From contig CAVWPS010000002.1 in NCBI GenBank assembly GCA_963756975.1, positions 474,507 through 538,506 on the forward strand: a stretch of DNA of 64,000 nt. Reading direction: 5' to 3'. The notes under the pieces were generated by a model. The model saw nothing but the letters and a program-made list of their open reading frames with translations, was not told the origin of the DNA and made no database searches. A program made the translations under genes and the position numbers. The DNA comes from an uncultured Alphaproteobacteria bacterium (GTDB lineage: Bacteria; Pseudomonadota; Alphaproteobacteria; Acetobacterales; Acetobacteraceae). Below, piece by piece: positions 22,785 through 32,988 of the stretch; position 1 is the stretch's first letter, and every line of letters starts with the position of its first letter.

Positions 22785-23792
22785 ATGACCGCAACCCTTC
22801 TAGGCCGCGCTCCGGACGGCCACGACATCGAAGCCCACACGCTCGGCGCGGGCGGCCCGCTGGTCGCGACCGTCATGACCTACGGCGCGCGGCTGGCGGC
22901 ACTGCACTGGATGGCGCGCGACGGGGTGCGCGACGTCATCCTTCCGCTGCCGACGCTGGCCGTGGCGCTGGCCGACACCGCGCACCGGGGTGCCGTGGTC
23001 GGGCGGGTCGGCAACCGGATCGACGGCGGCCGCTTCACGCTCGACGGTCACGCCTACGAACTCGCCACCAACGACGGCGCGAACACGCTGCACGGCGGCC
23101 CGGACGGGTTCGGCCGCGCCGTCTGGCATGCGGAGCCGGACGGCGACAACGGCCTGCGCCTGACCCACGATAGCGCCGATGGCGACCAGGGCTTTCCCGG
23201 CCGGCTGCACGCGACCGTCCACTACGCCGTCGACGGCTCCGATCTGGTGATCGACTACCTCGCCACCGCCGACGCGCCGACCGTCGTGAACCTGACCAAC
23301 CACGCGTATTTCAACCTCGACGGGGCACCGGACATCCTGGCGCACGACCTCACGATCGCCGCCGACCGGATCACCGCCGTCAGGGCCGACATGATCCCGA
23401 CCGGCGAGCTGATGCCGGTGGCAAACACGCCGTTCGACTTCCGGACGCCGCACCCGATCGGAACCCGGATCGGCGACGCGCACCCGCAGTTGCAGGCCGG
23501 CGGCGGCTACGACCACAACTACGTCCTCGCCGACGGGCCGCGCGCGGAGCCGGAGATGGCGGCGGTGGTGGAGGCCGGCGGCGTGCGGATGACGGTGCTG
23601 ACGACCGAGCCGGGCATCCAGTTCTACAGCGGCAACATGATGGAAAAGAGCGGACTGCCGCACCGGGGCGCCCTGTGCCTGGAGACGCAGACCTGGCCGG
23701 ACGCGCCGAACCACCCGGACTTCCCATCGATGACGTTGCGGCCCGGGCAGATGCGGCGGTCGCGAACGATCCTTCGTTTCACGAATTTCTAG
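22785..23792 (+). CDS. galM: Aldose 1-epimerase (galactose mutarotase family)
   Basis: 335 aa. ANTLHGGPDGF, NLTNHAYFNL and ALCLETQTWPDAPNHPDFP are mutarotase motifs. AGGAG RBS before the ATG at 22785. The ORF-track start is far upstream in antisense junk. Confidence 0.85.
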   Translation: MTATLLGRAPDGHDIEAHTLGAGGPLVATVMTYGARLAALHWMARDGVRDVILPLPTLAVALADTAHRGAVVGRVGNRIDGGRFTLDGHAYELATNDGANTLHGGPDGFGRAVWHAEPDGDNGLRLTHDSADGDQGFPGRLHATVHYAVDGSDLVIDYLATADAPTVVNLTNHAYFNLDGAPDILAHDLTIAADRITAVRADMIPTGELMPVANTPFDFRTPHPIGTRIGDAHPQLQAGGGYDHNYVLADGPRAEPEMAAVVEAGGVRMTVLTTEPGIQFYSGNMMEKSGLPHRGALCLETQTWPDAPNHPDFPSMTLRPGQMRRSRTILRFTNF

Positions 23793-23877
23793 TCGGACGA
23801 TTGATTCGGTCGTTGCGGCGAAGCATGGTGCGCCGGATGCCGCAGCCGACAACGCGGCCCGTTTGGGAGAGACCACC

Positions 23878-24840
23878 TTGAAGCAGCTTCTTTTGGCTGG
23901 TGCCGTCATGGCGCTCGGCCTGTCGACCGCCCCCGTCGCGCGCGCGCAGCAGCCGACGATCCCGATCATCGTCAAGGACACGACCAGCTTCTACTGGCAG
24001 ATCGTGCTGGCCGGCGCCCGTCAGGCCGGCAAGGATCTCGGCGTCAACGTGCCCGAGCTCGGCGCGCAGGCCGAAAGCGACATCAACGGCCAGATCTCGA
24101 TCCTCGAGAACGCCGTCGCCAGCAAGCCGGCCGCGATCGTGATCTCGCCGACCCAGTTCCAGGCGCTCGGCAAGCCGATCGACGAGGCTGCCAAGTCGGT
24201 CAAGATCATCGGCATCGACAGTGCGGCCGACAGCAAGGCGTTCACGTCGTTCCTGACGACCGACAACGTGCAGGGCGGCCGTGCGGCGGCCGATGCGCTG
24301 GCCGAGGGCGTCAAGGCCAAGAACGGCGGCAAGGTCGAGGGCGACGTCGCCCTGATCACGTCGCTCGCGGGCGTCGGCTCGCTCGATCAGCGCGCCAAGG
24401 GCTTCAAGGAAGAGCTCGCCAAGTATCCCGGCCTGCACCTCACCGCCGACAAGATCGCCGACGGCCAGGCCACGACCGGCCTGAACATCATGACCGACCT
24501 GATCACCGCGAGCCCGGACCTCAAAGGCGTGTTCGCGTCGAACCTCATCATGGCCCAGGGCGCCAGCCAGGCGATCAGCGAGAACAAGGCGCAGAACACG
24601 ATCGCGCTGATCGGCTTCGACAACGACGACAAGCTGGTCAAGGCGCTGAAGGACGGCGTGATCTACGCCCTGATCGTCCAGGACCCGTACCGGATGGGCT
24701 ACGACGGCATCAAGACGGCACTCGCGGCCAGCAAGGGCGAGAAGGTCGAGGCGAACGTCGACACCGGGGTGAACACCATCACCAAGGCGAACATGGACAC
24801 CGAGCGCAGCCAGGCGCTGCTCAACCCGAAGGTCAAGTGA
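23878..24840 (+). CDS. Sugar ABC transporter periplasmic substrate-binding protein (ribose/monosaccharide-binding, PBP type I)
   Basis: Signal peptide (M)KQLLLAGAVMALGLSTAPVARA, then an RbsB-like fold (IPIIVKDTTSFYWQ ... IGFDNDDKLVKALKDG). GGGAGAG lies 6 nt before the TTG at 23878; an alternative TTG is at 23863. Confidence 0.85.
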   Translation: MKQLLLAGAVMALGLSTAPVARAQQPTIPIIVKDTTSFYWQIVLAGARQAGKDLGVNVPELGAQAESDINGQISILENAVASKPAAIVISPTQFQALGKPIDEAAKSVKIIGIDSAADSKAFTSFLTTDNVQGGRAAADALAEGVKAKNGGKVEGDVALITSLAGVGSLDQRAKGFKEELAKYPGLHLTADKIADGQATTGLNIMTDLITASPDLKGVFASNLIMAQGASQAISENKAQNTIALIGFDNDDKLVKALKDGVIYALIVQDPYRMGYDGIKTALAASKGEKVEANVDTGVNTITKANMDTERSQALLNPKVK

Positions 24841-26348
24841 GCACTTCGACAACGATGGACCGCCCGGAGACGGGCGGTCCTATTCTCGAGCTGCGAGGCC
24901 TCGACAAATGGTTCACCGGCACGCACGCCCTTAAGGGCGTCGATCTGTCGTTTCACGCGGGCGAGGTCCACGCGATCGTCGGCGAGAACGGGGCCGGCAA
25001 AAGCACGCTGATCAAGCTGCTGACCGGCGTCCATCTGAAGACCGCCGGCGAGATGATCTGGCTCGGGCAGTCGGTCGACCTGACCGGCCCGCAGGACGCG
25101 CTCGCGCGCGGCATCAACGCCGTCCATCAGGAAGTCGTGCTGTGCCGCCATCTGACGGTGGCCGCGAACCTGTTCCTCGGCGACGAGCACGCCCGCTTCG
25201 GCCTGCTGCGCCACCGCGCCATGGTGCGCGAGGCGCAGGCGGTGCTCGACGACCTCGGCTTCGAAATCCCGGCCGACGTCGTGCTCGGCACGCTCACCAT
25301 CGGCCAGCAGCAACTGGTCGCGACCGCCCGCGCCGAACTGCGCGGCACGAAATTCCTGATCTTCGACGAGCCGACCGCGTACCTGACCCGCAACGAGACG
25401 CGCCAGCTGTTCACCCTGATCCGCCGTCTGAAGGCGCAGGGCGTGACGCTGGTCTACATCTCGCACCGCCTCGAAGAAGTGTTCGAGCTGTCGGACCGTG
25501 TCAGCGTGCTGCGCGACGGGGCGCTGGTCGGCACCTGGAATACGAAAGACACCGACGAAGCTTCGCTGATCCGGGCGATGTCGGCGCGCTCGATCGAGCA
25601 AATCTACCACAAGGAAGAGTTCACCTTCGGCGAGCCCCTGCTCGAAACCCGCGCGCTGACCGGCCGGGGTTTCGCGGACATCTCGATGACTGTCCGGCGG
25701 GGCGAGATCGTCGGGCTGTACGGCCTGATCGGGGCCGGGCGCAGCGAGTTCGTGCAGTCCGTGTTCGGCCGCTTCCCGGTCACCTCCGGCACGATCCTGC
25801 TGCACGGGGCCGAGACGCGCATCCGCAACGAGCGTGACGCGATCAAGCGCGGCCTCGCCTTGGTGCCGGAAAGCCGGCGCGATCAGGGGCTGTGCCTCAG
25901 TCTCGGCGTCGGCACCAACCTCAACATGTCGATCTTCGACCGCCTCTCGAACGGCCCGCTGCTGAACGGCGGGGCGGAGCGGTCGGCGGCCGACAAGCAG
26001 ATGGCCGACCTCCGCATCGTCGCGGCCGGGCGCGGTGCCCCGGCGGCGTCGCTGTCGGGCGGCAACCAGCAGAAGATCGTGGTCGGCAAATGGCTCGCCC
26101 ACGGCGCCGAACTGCTGATCTTCGACGAGCCGACGGTCGGCGTGGACGTGGCGACCAAGGTCGAGATCTACCGCCTGTTCGCGACATTGCTGCGCGACGG
26201 GGCGGGGATCATCCTGATCTCGTCCTACCTGCCGGAAGTCTACCAGCTGTCCGACACGCTGCACGTGTTCCGGCGCGGCTCGCTGGTCGCGAGCCACGAG
26301 CGCGGCACGGCAACGATGGAAACCATTTTGACCGAGGCAATCGGATGA
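24837..26348 (+). CDS. Sugar ABC transporter ATP-binding protein (tandem NBDs, RbsA-like)
   Basis: 503 aa with two Walker A sites (GENGAGKST; GLIGAGRSE) and signature motifs (LSGGNQQK). Start overlaps the SBP stop. Confidence 0.9.
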   Translation: MSTSTTMDRPETGGPILELRGLDKWFTGTHALKGVDLSFHAGEVHAIVGENGAGKSTLIKLLTGVHLKTAGEMIWLGQSVDLTGPQDALARGINAVHQEVVLCRHLTVAANLFLGDEHARFGLLRHRAMVREAQAVLDDLGFEIPADVVLGTLTIGQQQLVATARAELRGTKFLIFDEPTAYLTRNETRQLFTLIRRLKAQGVTLVYISHRLEEVFELSDRVSVLRDGALVGTWNTKDTDEASLIRAMSARSIEQIYHKEEFTFGEPLLETRALTGRGFADISMTVRRGEIVGLYGLIGAGRSEFVQSVFGRFPVTSGTILLHGAETRIRNERDAIKRGLALVPESRRDQGLCLSLGVGTNLNMSIFDRLSNGPLLNGGAERSAADKQMADLRIVAAGRGAPAASLSGGNQQKIVVGKWLAHGAELLIFDEPTVGVDVATKVEIYRLFATLLRDGAGIILISSYLPEVYQLSDTLHVFRRGSLVASHERGTATMETILTEAIG

Positions 26349-27328
26349 GCGACGCGGCACTGCACGGCGCGGCGCTCGCGACCGCACGACGCAAGACGGC
26401 ACGGCGGGATCTGCTGCTGAGCCTCACGCTGCTCGGCTTGCTGCTGCTGATGTGGGCGTTCCTGTCGGTCGACACGCGAACGTTCCTCACCGGGCGCAAC
26501 ATTCTCAACCTGATGCGCCAATCGTCGCTGTTCGCGATCATCGCGATGGGCCAGACATTCGTCATCATCACCGCCGGCATCGACCTCTCGGTCGGCGCGG
26601 TGATCGGGTTCGCGGGCGTCATCGTGACCCTGCTGATCAGCAACGGCACGCCGATCGCGGCCGCCATCGCGATCACGCTGCTGGTCGGCGTCGCGATCGG
26701 ATCGTTTCACGCGTTCGGCGTCACGAAACTCGGCCTGCCGCCGTTCATCATGACGCTGGCAACGCTCACCGCACTGCGCGGCATCGGCCTGCTGATCACC
26801 AACGGGGCCAGCATCGAGGGTTTGCCGGACTCGTTCACCGGCTTCTCGCAGGGCGCGTTCCTGGGCGTGCCGAACCTGTTCTGGATGGTGATCGTCGTCG
26901 CGGTGCCCGGCTACATCCTGCTGAGCCACACGCGCTGGGGCCGCTACCTGTTCGCGATCGGCAGCAACGCCGAAGCGGCGCGGCTATCGGGCGTCAGCGT
27001 GACCCGCACGATCTACCTCGCCTACATCCTGTCGGCCACGCTCGCCGCTTTCGCCGGCATCCTGACCGCATCCCGCCTCGGCATCGGCAACGCCACGACC
27101 GGCACCGGCTACGAGCTGCAGGCGATCGCGGCCTCGGTCATCGGCGGCACCAGCCTGTTCGGCGCGGTCGGCTCGATCCAGGGCCCGCTGCTCGGGTCGT
27201 TCGTGCTGAGCACGATCAACAACGGGGCCAACCTGCTGAACGTGAACTCGTTCGTGCAGCAGATCATCACCGGCGGCCTGATCATCGCGATCGTCTACTT
27301 CGACCAGTTGCGGCGCCGTCGGCGGTAG
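26345..27328 (+). CDS. Sugar ABC transporter permease (RbsC/AraH family)
   Basis: 327 aa, polytopic, with the conserved AAFAGILTASRLG region. The ATG overlaps the ATPase stop (ATGA), and GAGG lies upstream. Confidence 0.9.
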   Translation: MSDAALHGAALATARRKTARRDLLLSLTLLGLLLLMWAFLSVDTRTFLTGRNILNLMRQSSLFAIIAMGQTFVIITAGIDLSVGAVIGFAGVIVTLLISNGTPIAAAIAITLLVGVAIGSFHAFGVTKLGLPPFIMTLATLTALRGIGLLITNGASIEGLPDSFTGFSQGAFLGVPNLFWMVIVVAVPGYILLSHTRWGRYLFAIGSNAEAARLSGVSVTRTIYLAYILSATLAAFAGILTASRLGIGNATTGTGYELQAIAASVIGGTSLFGAVGSIQGPLLGSFVLSTINNGANLLNVNSFVQQIITGGLIIAIVYFDQLRRRRR

Positions 27329-27334
27329 GCGGCG

Positions 27335-28636
27335 GTGTTCTTCTCGGTCGTCATGGCGACGCACGGCCGAGACGAACACATCCGCCCCAGCATCGCATCC
27401 GTCCTCCGCCAGAGTTTCGGCGACTTCGAGCTGATCGTGGTGGGCGACGGGGAGGAGGCGACGCCGGGCCTGATCGCCTCGTTCGGTTCGCCGAAACTTC
27501 GCTGGCTCGGCACCGCGCGCCAGTCCGGCAGCCAGGCCGCTCCGAACAACGCCGGGATCGCCGCCGCGCGGGGCGAGTGGGTCGCGTATCTCGGCCACGA
27601 CGACATCTGGTCCGGCGTGCACCTGCAATGCCTCAAGCAGGCGACCGAACTGGTGGCGGATTGCGACGCCGTGGTCGCCGGCTGCCTGTACCACGGCCCG
27701 CCCGGGACCGGCATTTTGGGCGTGACCGGCCTGCTCGAACACGAGACGGACATCCTCACGCATTTCGTACCGCCGTCATCGGTCGCGCACCGGCGCGGTG
27801 TCGCCGAGCGGATCGGCGGATGGCGCGACCCGCGCACGATCACCGCGCCGGACGACGCGGACTTCATGCTGCGCGCGGCCCATGGCGGCTGCCGGTTCGC
27901 GGCGACGGGGCGCGTCAGCGTGCATAAATTCGCGGCCGGCCATCGCTACCTCTCGTATGTGCGCCAGAGTTCCGGAGAGCAGGCGGCGATGCTGGCCGAC
28001 CCACGGCTCGACGATCCCGGGTCGTGGTGGCCCGAACTATCGGACGCGCGTCGCGACGGACTCTGCATGCACATGCGCCACCCGGATTTCAGCGCGTTCG
28101 CACCGGGCGCGCTGTTCGCGCGCAACCGGGCGAACAAGGGGATCGCGAGGCGAGTCCTCACCCCGCTTGGCCGAGCGCCGGTCGTGATCGAGCAGACCGA
28201 CGAGCCCCGCGCGCTGGATTGGTACGCGCCGGACACGATCGCGCGGCACCGCTGGTCCGGTCCGAACCCGCGCCCGAAAATTCTGATCCCGTTCACACAT
28301 CGGGGCCGCGCGCGCGTGACGCTCGCGATCGTCGACGGGCGCACCGCGCCGGACGCGGTCGCCGTATCGGACGCCGCTGGCCGCCGGTTGCCGACGACCA
28401 TCGAGCGGACCCGGACCGGCGCGAACATCGTCGTGACGGCGATGCTCCACCCGGCCCGCGACACGATCCTGACGCTGCACACGCCGGCGATGGCGCGCAC
28501 GGACCTTGGCGTCAGGCCCGACGATCACCGCCGGCTGGGCGTCGCGCTGGCGGACATCACCGTCGAACCGTTGCGATCGTTCACCGGAACCGCGCTATCC
28601 TGGTACGATTCGTGGTCGCGAACAGCGTCGCGATAA
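27335..28636 (+). CDS. Family-2 glycosyltransferase with C-terminal extension domain
   Basis: 433 aa. N-terminal GT-A fold: FSVVMATHGRDEHIRPSIASVLRQSF, LIVVGDG, and a DxD-like GHDD. Starts 7 nt after the permease stop, so probably co-transcribed with the ABC importer. Confidence 0.75.
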   Translation: MFFSVVMATHGRDEHIRPSIASVLRQSFGDFELIVVGDGEEATPGLIASFGSPKLRWLGTARQSGSQAAPNNAGIAAARGEWVAYLGHDDIWSGVHLQCLKQATELVADCDAVVAGCLYHGPPGTGILGVTGLLEHETDILTHFVPPSSVAHRRGVAERIGGWRDPRTITAPDDADFMLRAAHGGCRFAATGRVSVHKFAAGHRYLSYVRQSSGEQAAMLADPRLDDPGSWWPELSDARRDGLCMHMRHPDFSAFAPGALFARNRANKGIARRVLTPLGRAPVVIEQTDEPRALDWYAPDTIARHRWSGPNPRPKILIPFTHRGRARVTLAIVDGRTAPDAVAVSDAAGRRLPTTIERTRTGANIVVTAMLHPARDTILTLHTPAMARTDLGVRPDDHRRLGVALADITVEPLRSFTGTALSWYDSWSRTASR

Positions 28637-28652
28637 TCGGGAGGTGCGCGTG

Positions 28653-29192
28653 CCGGTTCGACCGAATGTCGTGGGTGCCGACGAGTTGCTGGCGAAACGT
28701 TCGGCGGTCGACGCGCGCGGCGCGCTGCACGGAACGCCGATCGCGGGCCTGCGCTTCCGCCCGGTCCGCCCGGTTCCCCATGAGGACGGGGTGGTCACCG
28801 AGGTCGCCCGCGCGAGCTGGGGCGAGTTGGACGACCCCATCGTGCAGGTCCACACGACGACGACGATGCCGGGCCGCATTCGCGCGTGGGGCCTGCATCA
28901 GCGCAGCACGGACCGCCTGTTCGTGGTGTCGGGGCTGGTGAAAATCGCCGTGTTCGACGGCCGCCACGGCTCGCCCACGTTCGGGCTCGTCAACACGTTC
29001 ACCGTCAGCGAGCACAACCCGGGGCTGCTGATCGTGCCGCCCGATCTGTATCACGGCTGGAAGAACATCGGCGTGGCCGACGCGATCATCATCAACATGC
29101 CGTCGCGGCTCTACGACCACGAAAACCCGGACGCGTTGGACCTGCCATGGGATTCCCCCGCAGCCGCGCGGATCGTGCCGTTCGCGTTCTAG
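28653..29192 (+). CDS. RmlC-like cupin (dTDP-4-dehydrorhamnose 3,5-epimerase family)
   Basis: 179 aa. HQRSTDRLFVVSGLVKIAVFDGRHGSPTFG ... PPDLYHGWKN matches the RmlC fold. GGGAGG lies 6 nt before the GTG at 28653. Confidence 0.65.
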   Translation, partial: PVRPNVVGADELLAKRSAVDARGALHGTPIAGLRFRPVRPVPHEDGVVTEVARASWGELDDPIVQVHTTTTMPGRIRAWGLHQRSTDRLFVVSGLVKIAVFDGRHGSPTFGLVNTFTVSEHNPGLLIVPPDLYHGWKNIGVADAIIINMPSRLYDHENPDALDLPWDSPAAARIVPFAF

Positions 29193-29212
29193 GTTGGCTC
29201 GGTGCCGGGACT

Positions 29213-29803
29213 TTAGGCGCGGGCATGGTCAGGCCGCAGGCCGCGCAGCACGATGTCTGCGTGCGCCGCGATGGCGGCTTCATCGAGGCAAGCGCCCGAA
29301 ACCAGCAGACGATAGTAGATCGGTGCCCAGAACGCGTCGATCGCGACATCGAGATCCACATCGGGCCGGACGATGCCGGCAGCAATTCCGCGGCGGATCG
29401 CGCGTCGCGCCTGCTCGCGGCGTGGCTCCAGAAACCCTGCGATAAACGCGTCCCGCATCGCCTCGTCGTGCTGGGCCGCCCCGATCATCTCGCGGACGAG
29501 GCGCCCTGTCCGCTCGCGGTACACGGCTGCGAGCGACTGCATCTGCAGCACGATGTCGTTCTGTGGGGACCCGCTATCGACGAACGCGATCGATGGCTCG
29601 ACGGCGGCGAGAAACGCCTCCACGGCCACCACGCCCTTACTGGCCCACCAGCGATAGATGGTGGTCTTGCCGACGCTCGCGCGGGCCGCGATGCGCTCGA
29701 CCGAGAGCCGGTCGAAGCCCTCCTCCGTCAGCAGAGCGAATGTCGCGTCCAAGATGGCTTGCCGCGAGGTCTCGTCACGTTTGCGGCCCGGTTGGCCGCT
29801 CAT
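29213..29803 (-). CDS. TetR/AcrR family transcriptional regulator
   Basis: 196 aa with HTH ILDATFALLTEEGFDRLSVERIAARASVGKTTIYRWW. Confidence 0.85.
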   Translation of the reverse strand: MSGQPGRKRDETSRQAILDATFALLTEEGFDRLSVERIAARASVGKTTIYRWWASKGVVAVEAFLAAVEPSIAFVDSGSPQNDIVLQMQSLAAVYRERTGRLVREMIGAAQHDEAMRDAFIAGFLEPRREQARRAIRRGIAAGIVRPDVDLDVAIDAFWAPIYYRLLVSGACLDEAAIAAHADIVLRGLRPDHARA

Positions 29804-30934
29804 GCGCGATCCTGTTGCGGAAGCACGAGATACTTGGTCCCGGTGGCGCGCCGCGTATAGCCGCGGATCGTCTCGAGCGAGAGCATCTCGGCAAGGCCGG
29901 TCTCGGCGGAGAAGTGGCTGGCGAAGGTCGTGGTCATCTCGGCGGCGGCCCGGGCGCGCAGAACGGCGGCATCCACAGGGCCGATCCGGTCATAGAACCA
30001 GGTCATCAACCAGCCGCCGAGACCCCAGGCCATGCCGAAATGGCCATCGAGCACGCGAGGCGACGGATCCAGCACGCCGTAGATGTAGACCTGCTTATGC
30101 GTGGGCGAGCCGTAACGGCTGTAGGCGGAGAGCCGACGCGTCGCCACCGTTTCCATCGCCGATAAAAGCGTGTTCGCCATCCGGCCGCCGCCGATGGCAT
30201 CGAACGCGAGGGTCGCACCGGTCGTCCTCGAGCGCGCTCAGCAGTGCCGGATGGAAATCGGGCGCGCTACTGTCGAGCACATGCGCCGCACCCTGGGCCT
30301 GCAGCAGGGCAACCTGAGCGGGGCTGCGAACGATGTTCACCAGCGCCACGCCGTCGGCCATGCACAGCCTGTTGAGCATCTGCCCGAGGTTCGAAGCGGC
30401 TGCCGTGTGAACCAGGGCTGTGTGACCCTCCCGCCGCATGGTCTCCACCATGCCGAGCGCCGTCAGCGGATTGATGAACGCGGCGGCCCCTTCACGGGCG
30501 GACACCCCGTCGGGCAGCAACAGGCAATCGGCCGCCTTGACGGTTTGGTATCGCGCATAGGTTCCCGTCGCCGCACGGATCGCCACCGTCCGCCCGACCG
30601 GCAACGCCGCATCGGCGCCCGCCTTGACGACCGTACCCGCGCCCTCGTTGCCGACCGGCAGCGCTTGTCCGAGGCGACCCGCGATCGCCGCGAGCCGCTC
30701 CCGTGGCACAGTGCCCTCGATGACGGGCCGGTCGGCAGGGCCGGTCTGCCGCAGCGTCGAAGGATCGGCCGGCCCCAGCAACAGGATCTGGTCGGACGGA
30801 TTGAGCGGCGCGGCCTCCACCCTCACGAGCACCTCGTCCGGGGCCGGTTCTCGGATCGCCACATCCTCCAGCCAGATCCGCAGGCTTCCGTCGGCGTCGA
30901 TCAGCGATCGTATCTCGCGGTTGTTGGAGTCCAT
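29800..30934 (-). pseudogene. Zinc-binding alcohol dehydrogenase / quinone oxidoreductase (MDR) family, 1-nt insertion near 30214
   Basis: N-terminal 279 aa (VLVRVEAAPLNPSD...GAGTV...) and C-terminal 126 aa (...TGATLAFDAIGGGRMANTLLSAMETV...) lie in different frames. Deleting one g in gaggac[g]accggt restores ...LSALEDTGATLAFDAIGGG, a textbook MDR stretch. Confidence 0.65.
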
Positions 30935-31010
30935 GCGTCACCTCTATTTCGATACGTGACGGTCCGTATCACATCCGCGCCCACGCAACGCAAGCGGTGC
31001 CATGGCCCCT

Positions 31011-31072
31011 CTCCCAGCGGGATCTCCCTCTCCCGTCTTGTGGGAGAGGGCCGGGGTGAGGGCCTTGCTACA
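31011..31072. repeat. REP-like palindromic repeat, copy 2 (left outer arm truncated)
   Basis: CCCCTCTCCC-agcgggatc-TCCCTCTCCC-gtcttgt-GGGAGAGGGCCGGGGTGAGGG, located between the MDR gene start and the flotillin gene end. Confidence 0.5.
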
Positions 31073-32933
31073 CCGCCGGCGGCCGCCCCGCCCCTCGCGC
31101 CAAAGCCAGCAGCGTGCCGATCAGGTTACCCCCCTCGCCCGCCCCGCTCTCCACCAGCACCTGCGGCACCAGCGCGTTGGAACTCTCGCGGATCGCCGCC
31201 CCGAGCGTCTCCAGCGCCAGCTGCCGCAGCAGCCCGTCCACACCGCCGATCGCCTCCGCCCGCACCCGTGCCCCGTACGCCTCGGCGTCCGCCGTGGCCC
31301 GGATGCCGAGCGCGAGCTTCGCCTGCCGCGACGCCTCGGCCTCGCCCTCGTTCTCGGCGACCCGGATCGCGATCGCGGACGCCGTCAGCGCCGCCTGCTG
31401 CTGTGCGAGCGCGCGCTGTTCGTTCAGGCTGCGCTCCTTGGTCGCCGCCGCCTCCTGGCTCTCGAACGTCGCGATCTGCTCGCGCGCCAGCTGCCTGGAC
31501 CGGAGCTGGGACAGCACCGTCTCCATCTGATCGTTGCCGGCCGGCGCGATGGGTGTGCCGAGCAGCACCTCCTCGATCCCGACCCGGTGCTGACCGAGCC
31601 GCTCGCGCATCGCCAGCAGCGCGTTGGCCTGGATCGACTGCCGGTCCTGCACGAACTCCAGCAGCGTCCGCGCCTGCGAGGCGTCCTTGAAATAGGCACT
31701 CACCAGCGGATCGAGCGTGTTGCTGACCAGCCGCCGCACGTCGCTAAACCGCTGGATGACGTGCGGCGCGTCCATCGGCGCGATGTGGGCGACGATCGAC
31801 AGCGGCAGCAGGATTTCGAACGCGTCGCGGGTGATGACCGGGATTTCGCGCAAGTCCTCGTCGTACATCAGCCCGCCCGTCGCTCCCTTGATCCAGCGCA
31901 GCTGGAAGTTGGTGGTCGGGACCGGCACGACCTCCATCGCGTACGGGTTCAGCGGGTATTTCCCGGGATCGAGCGGCTTCTCCCAGATGCCCTTGCCGCC
32001 GACCGGCACCGTCTTGCCGCGCCCGCCATCGGCCGTCATCGCCGCCTCCGCCTCGCGCCCGACATAGCTGTTGACCACGGCCACGGTGCCGATCTCGACC
32101 TTCGTCTTCGGCTTCTCCTCGACGGTCGCGAACAGGCGGTTGATGAAATACGTGCCGTCGACCAGCACCTGCTCCTGCCGCCCACGCCGGCCGCCGGCGG
32201 CGAGGAACCGGCTCGTGTCCTGGAAGCTGTTGTGGAACGCCTCCGGCTGGCTCGGGTCGGTGCCGACCGAGGGTGCGACGATCTCGCCGTGCTGCAATCC
32301 GGGGCCGTCCTGGACGGTGACGATGCCGATCGTGTCGTCGGCGATCACCACCGGGTCGAACGCGGCGCGTCCGGCGAGCTGCGCCTGCAGTGCGCGGTCG
32401 TCGCGGTCGTTGCCGACGCCGAGCTTGTGGATGTCGCCGTCGGTGATGACGCAAAACAGCGCGAGGTTCGGCGCGTACGTGCCCGACCGCAGGATGCGCC
32501 GCTGCGGCCCCCGCTGCCCGCCCTGTTCGAGGAAGCCGCGCGCGTCGTCCGCCGCCACGCCGGCCGGCCACTCGCCGAGCGCCTGCCCCTCGCCGAGCGG
32601 CGAGCCGACGCGCGCGACGAGGTAGGCGATGCCGTCGACCGTGATGCGCGGCTTGCGGTGGATGCGGTATTTGAACGGGGCGAGGAAATGGATGCCGCCG
32701 CCGAGCACGTCCGGCAGGAAGCCCGGCCCGTTCGCGAGCGCCATCGGGGCGAACCGCCGGTCGCGCCCGCCGCCCCATTTGCGCTCGACGATGCCGTAAT
32801 CGGTGTTGGCGATGAACACGACGCTGTTCCGCATCACCGCGAAGAACCCGATCAGGAACAGGACGGCGACGATGGCGACCGCGATCGCCAGCGCCGGGTT
32901 GATGCCGGCTAGCACGGTGTCGGTGAAGTCCAT
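31068..32933 (-). CDS. Flotillin-like SPFH/band-7 domain protein (YqiK family)
   Basis: 621 aa. N-terminal TM (AIAVAIVAVLFLIGFFAV), an SPFH domain, and a long Ala/Gln/Glu-rich coiled-coil tail, the flotillin architecture. Confidence 0.8.
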   Translation of the reverse strand: MDFTDTVLAGINPALAIAVAIVAVLFLIGFFAVMRNSVVFIANTDYGIVERKWGGGRDRRFAPMALANGPGFLPDVLGGGIHFLAPFKYRIHRKPRITVDGIAYLVARVGSPLGEGQALGEWPAGVAADDARGFLEQGGQRGPQRRILRSGTYAPNLALFCVITDGDIHKLGVGNDRDDRALQAQLAGRAAFDPVVIADDTIGIVTVQDGPGLQHGEIVAPSVGTDPSQPEAFHNSFQDTSRFLAAGGRRGRQEQVLVDGTYFINRLFATVEEKPKTKVEIGTVAVVNSYVGREAEAAMTADGGRGKTVPVGGKGIWEKPLDPGKYPLNPYAMEVVPVPTTNFQLRWIKGATGGLMYDEDLREIPVITRDAFEILLPLSIVAHIAPMDAPHVIQRFSDVRRLVSNTLDPLVSAYFKDASQARTLLEFVQDRQSIQANALLAMRERLGQHRVGIEEVLLGTPIAPAGNDQMETVLSQLRSRQLAREQIATFESQEAAATKERSLNEQRALAQQQAALTASAIAIRVAENEGEAEASRQAKLALGIRATADAEAYGARVRAEAIGGVDGLLRQLALETLGAAIRESSNALVPQVLVESGAGEGGNLIGTLLALARGAGRPPAV

Positions 32934-32988
32934 GGTGCGCGTCCCCCCGACGATCGTAAGTGTCTATAGCCGGGATCGTTACGCCTCG

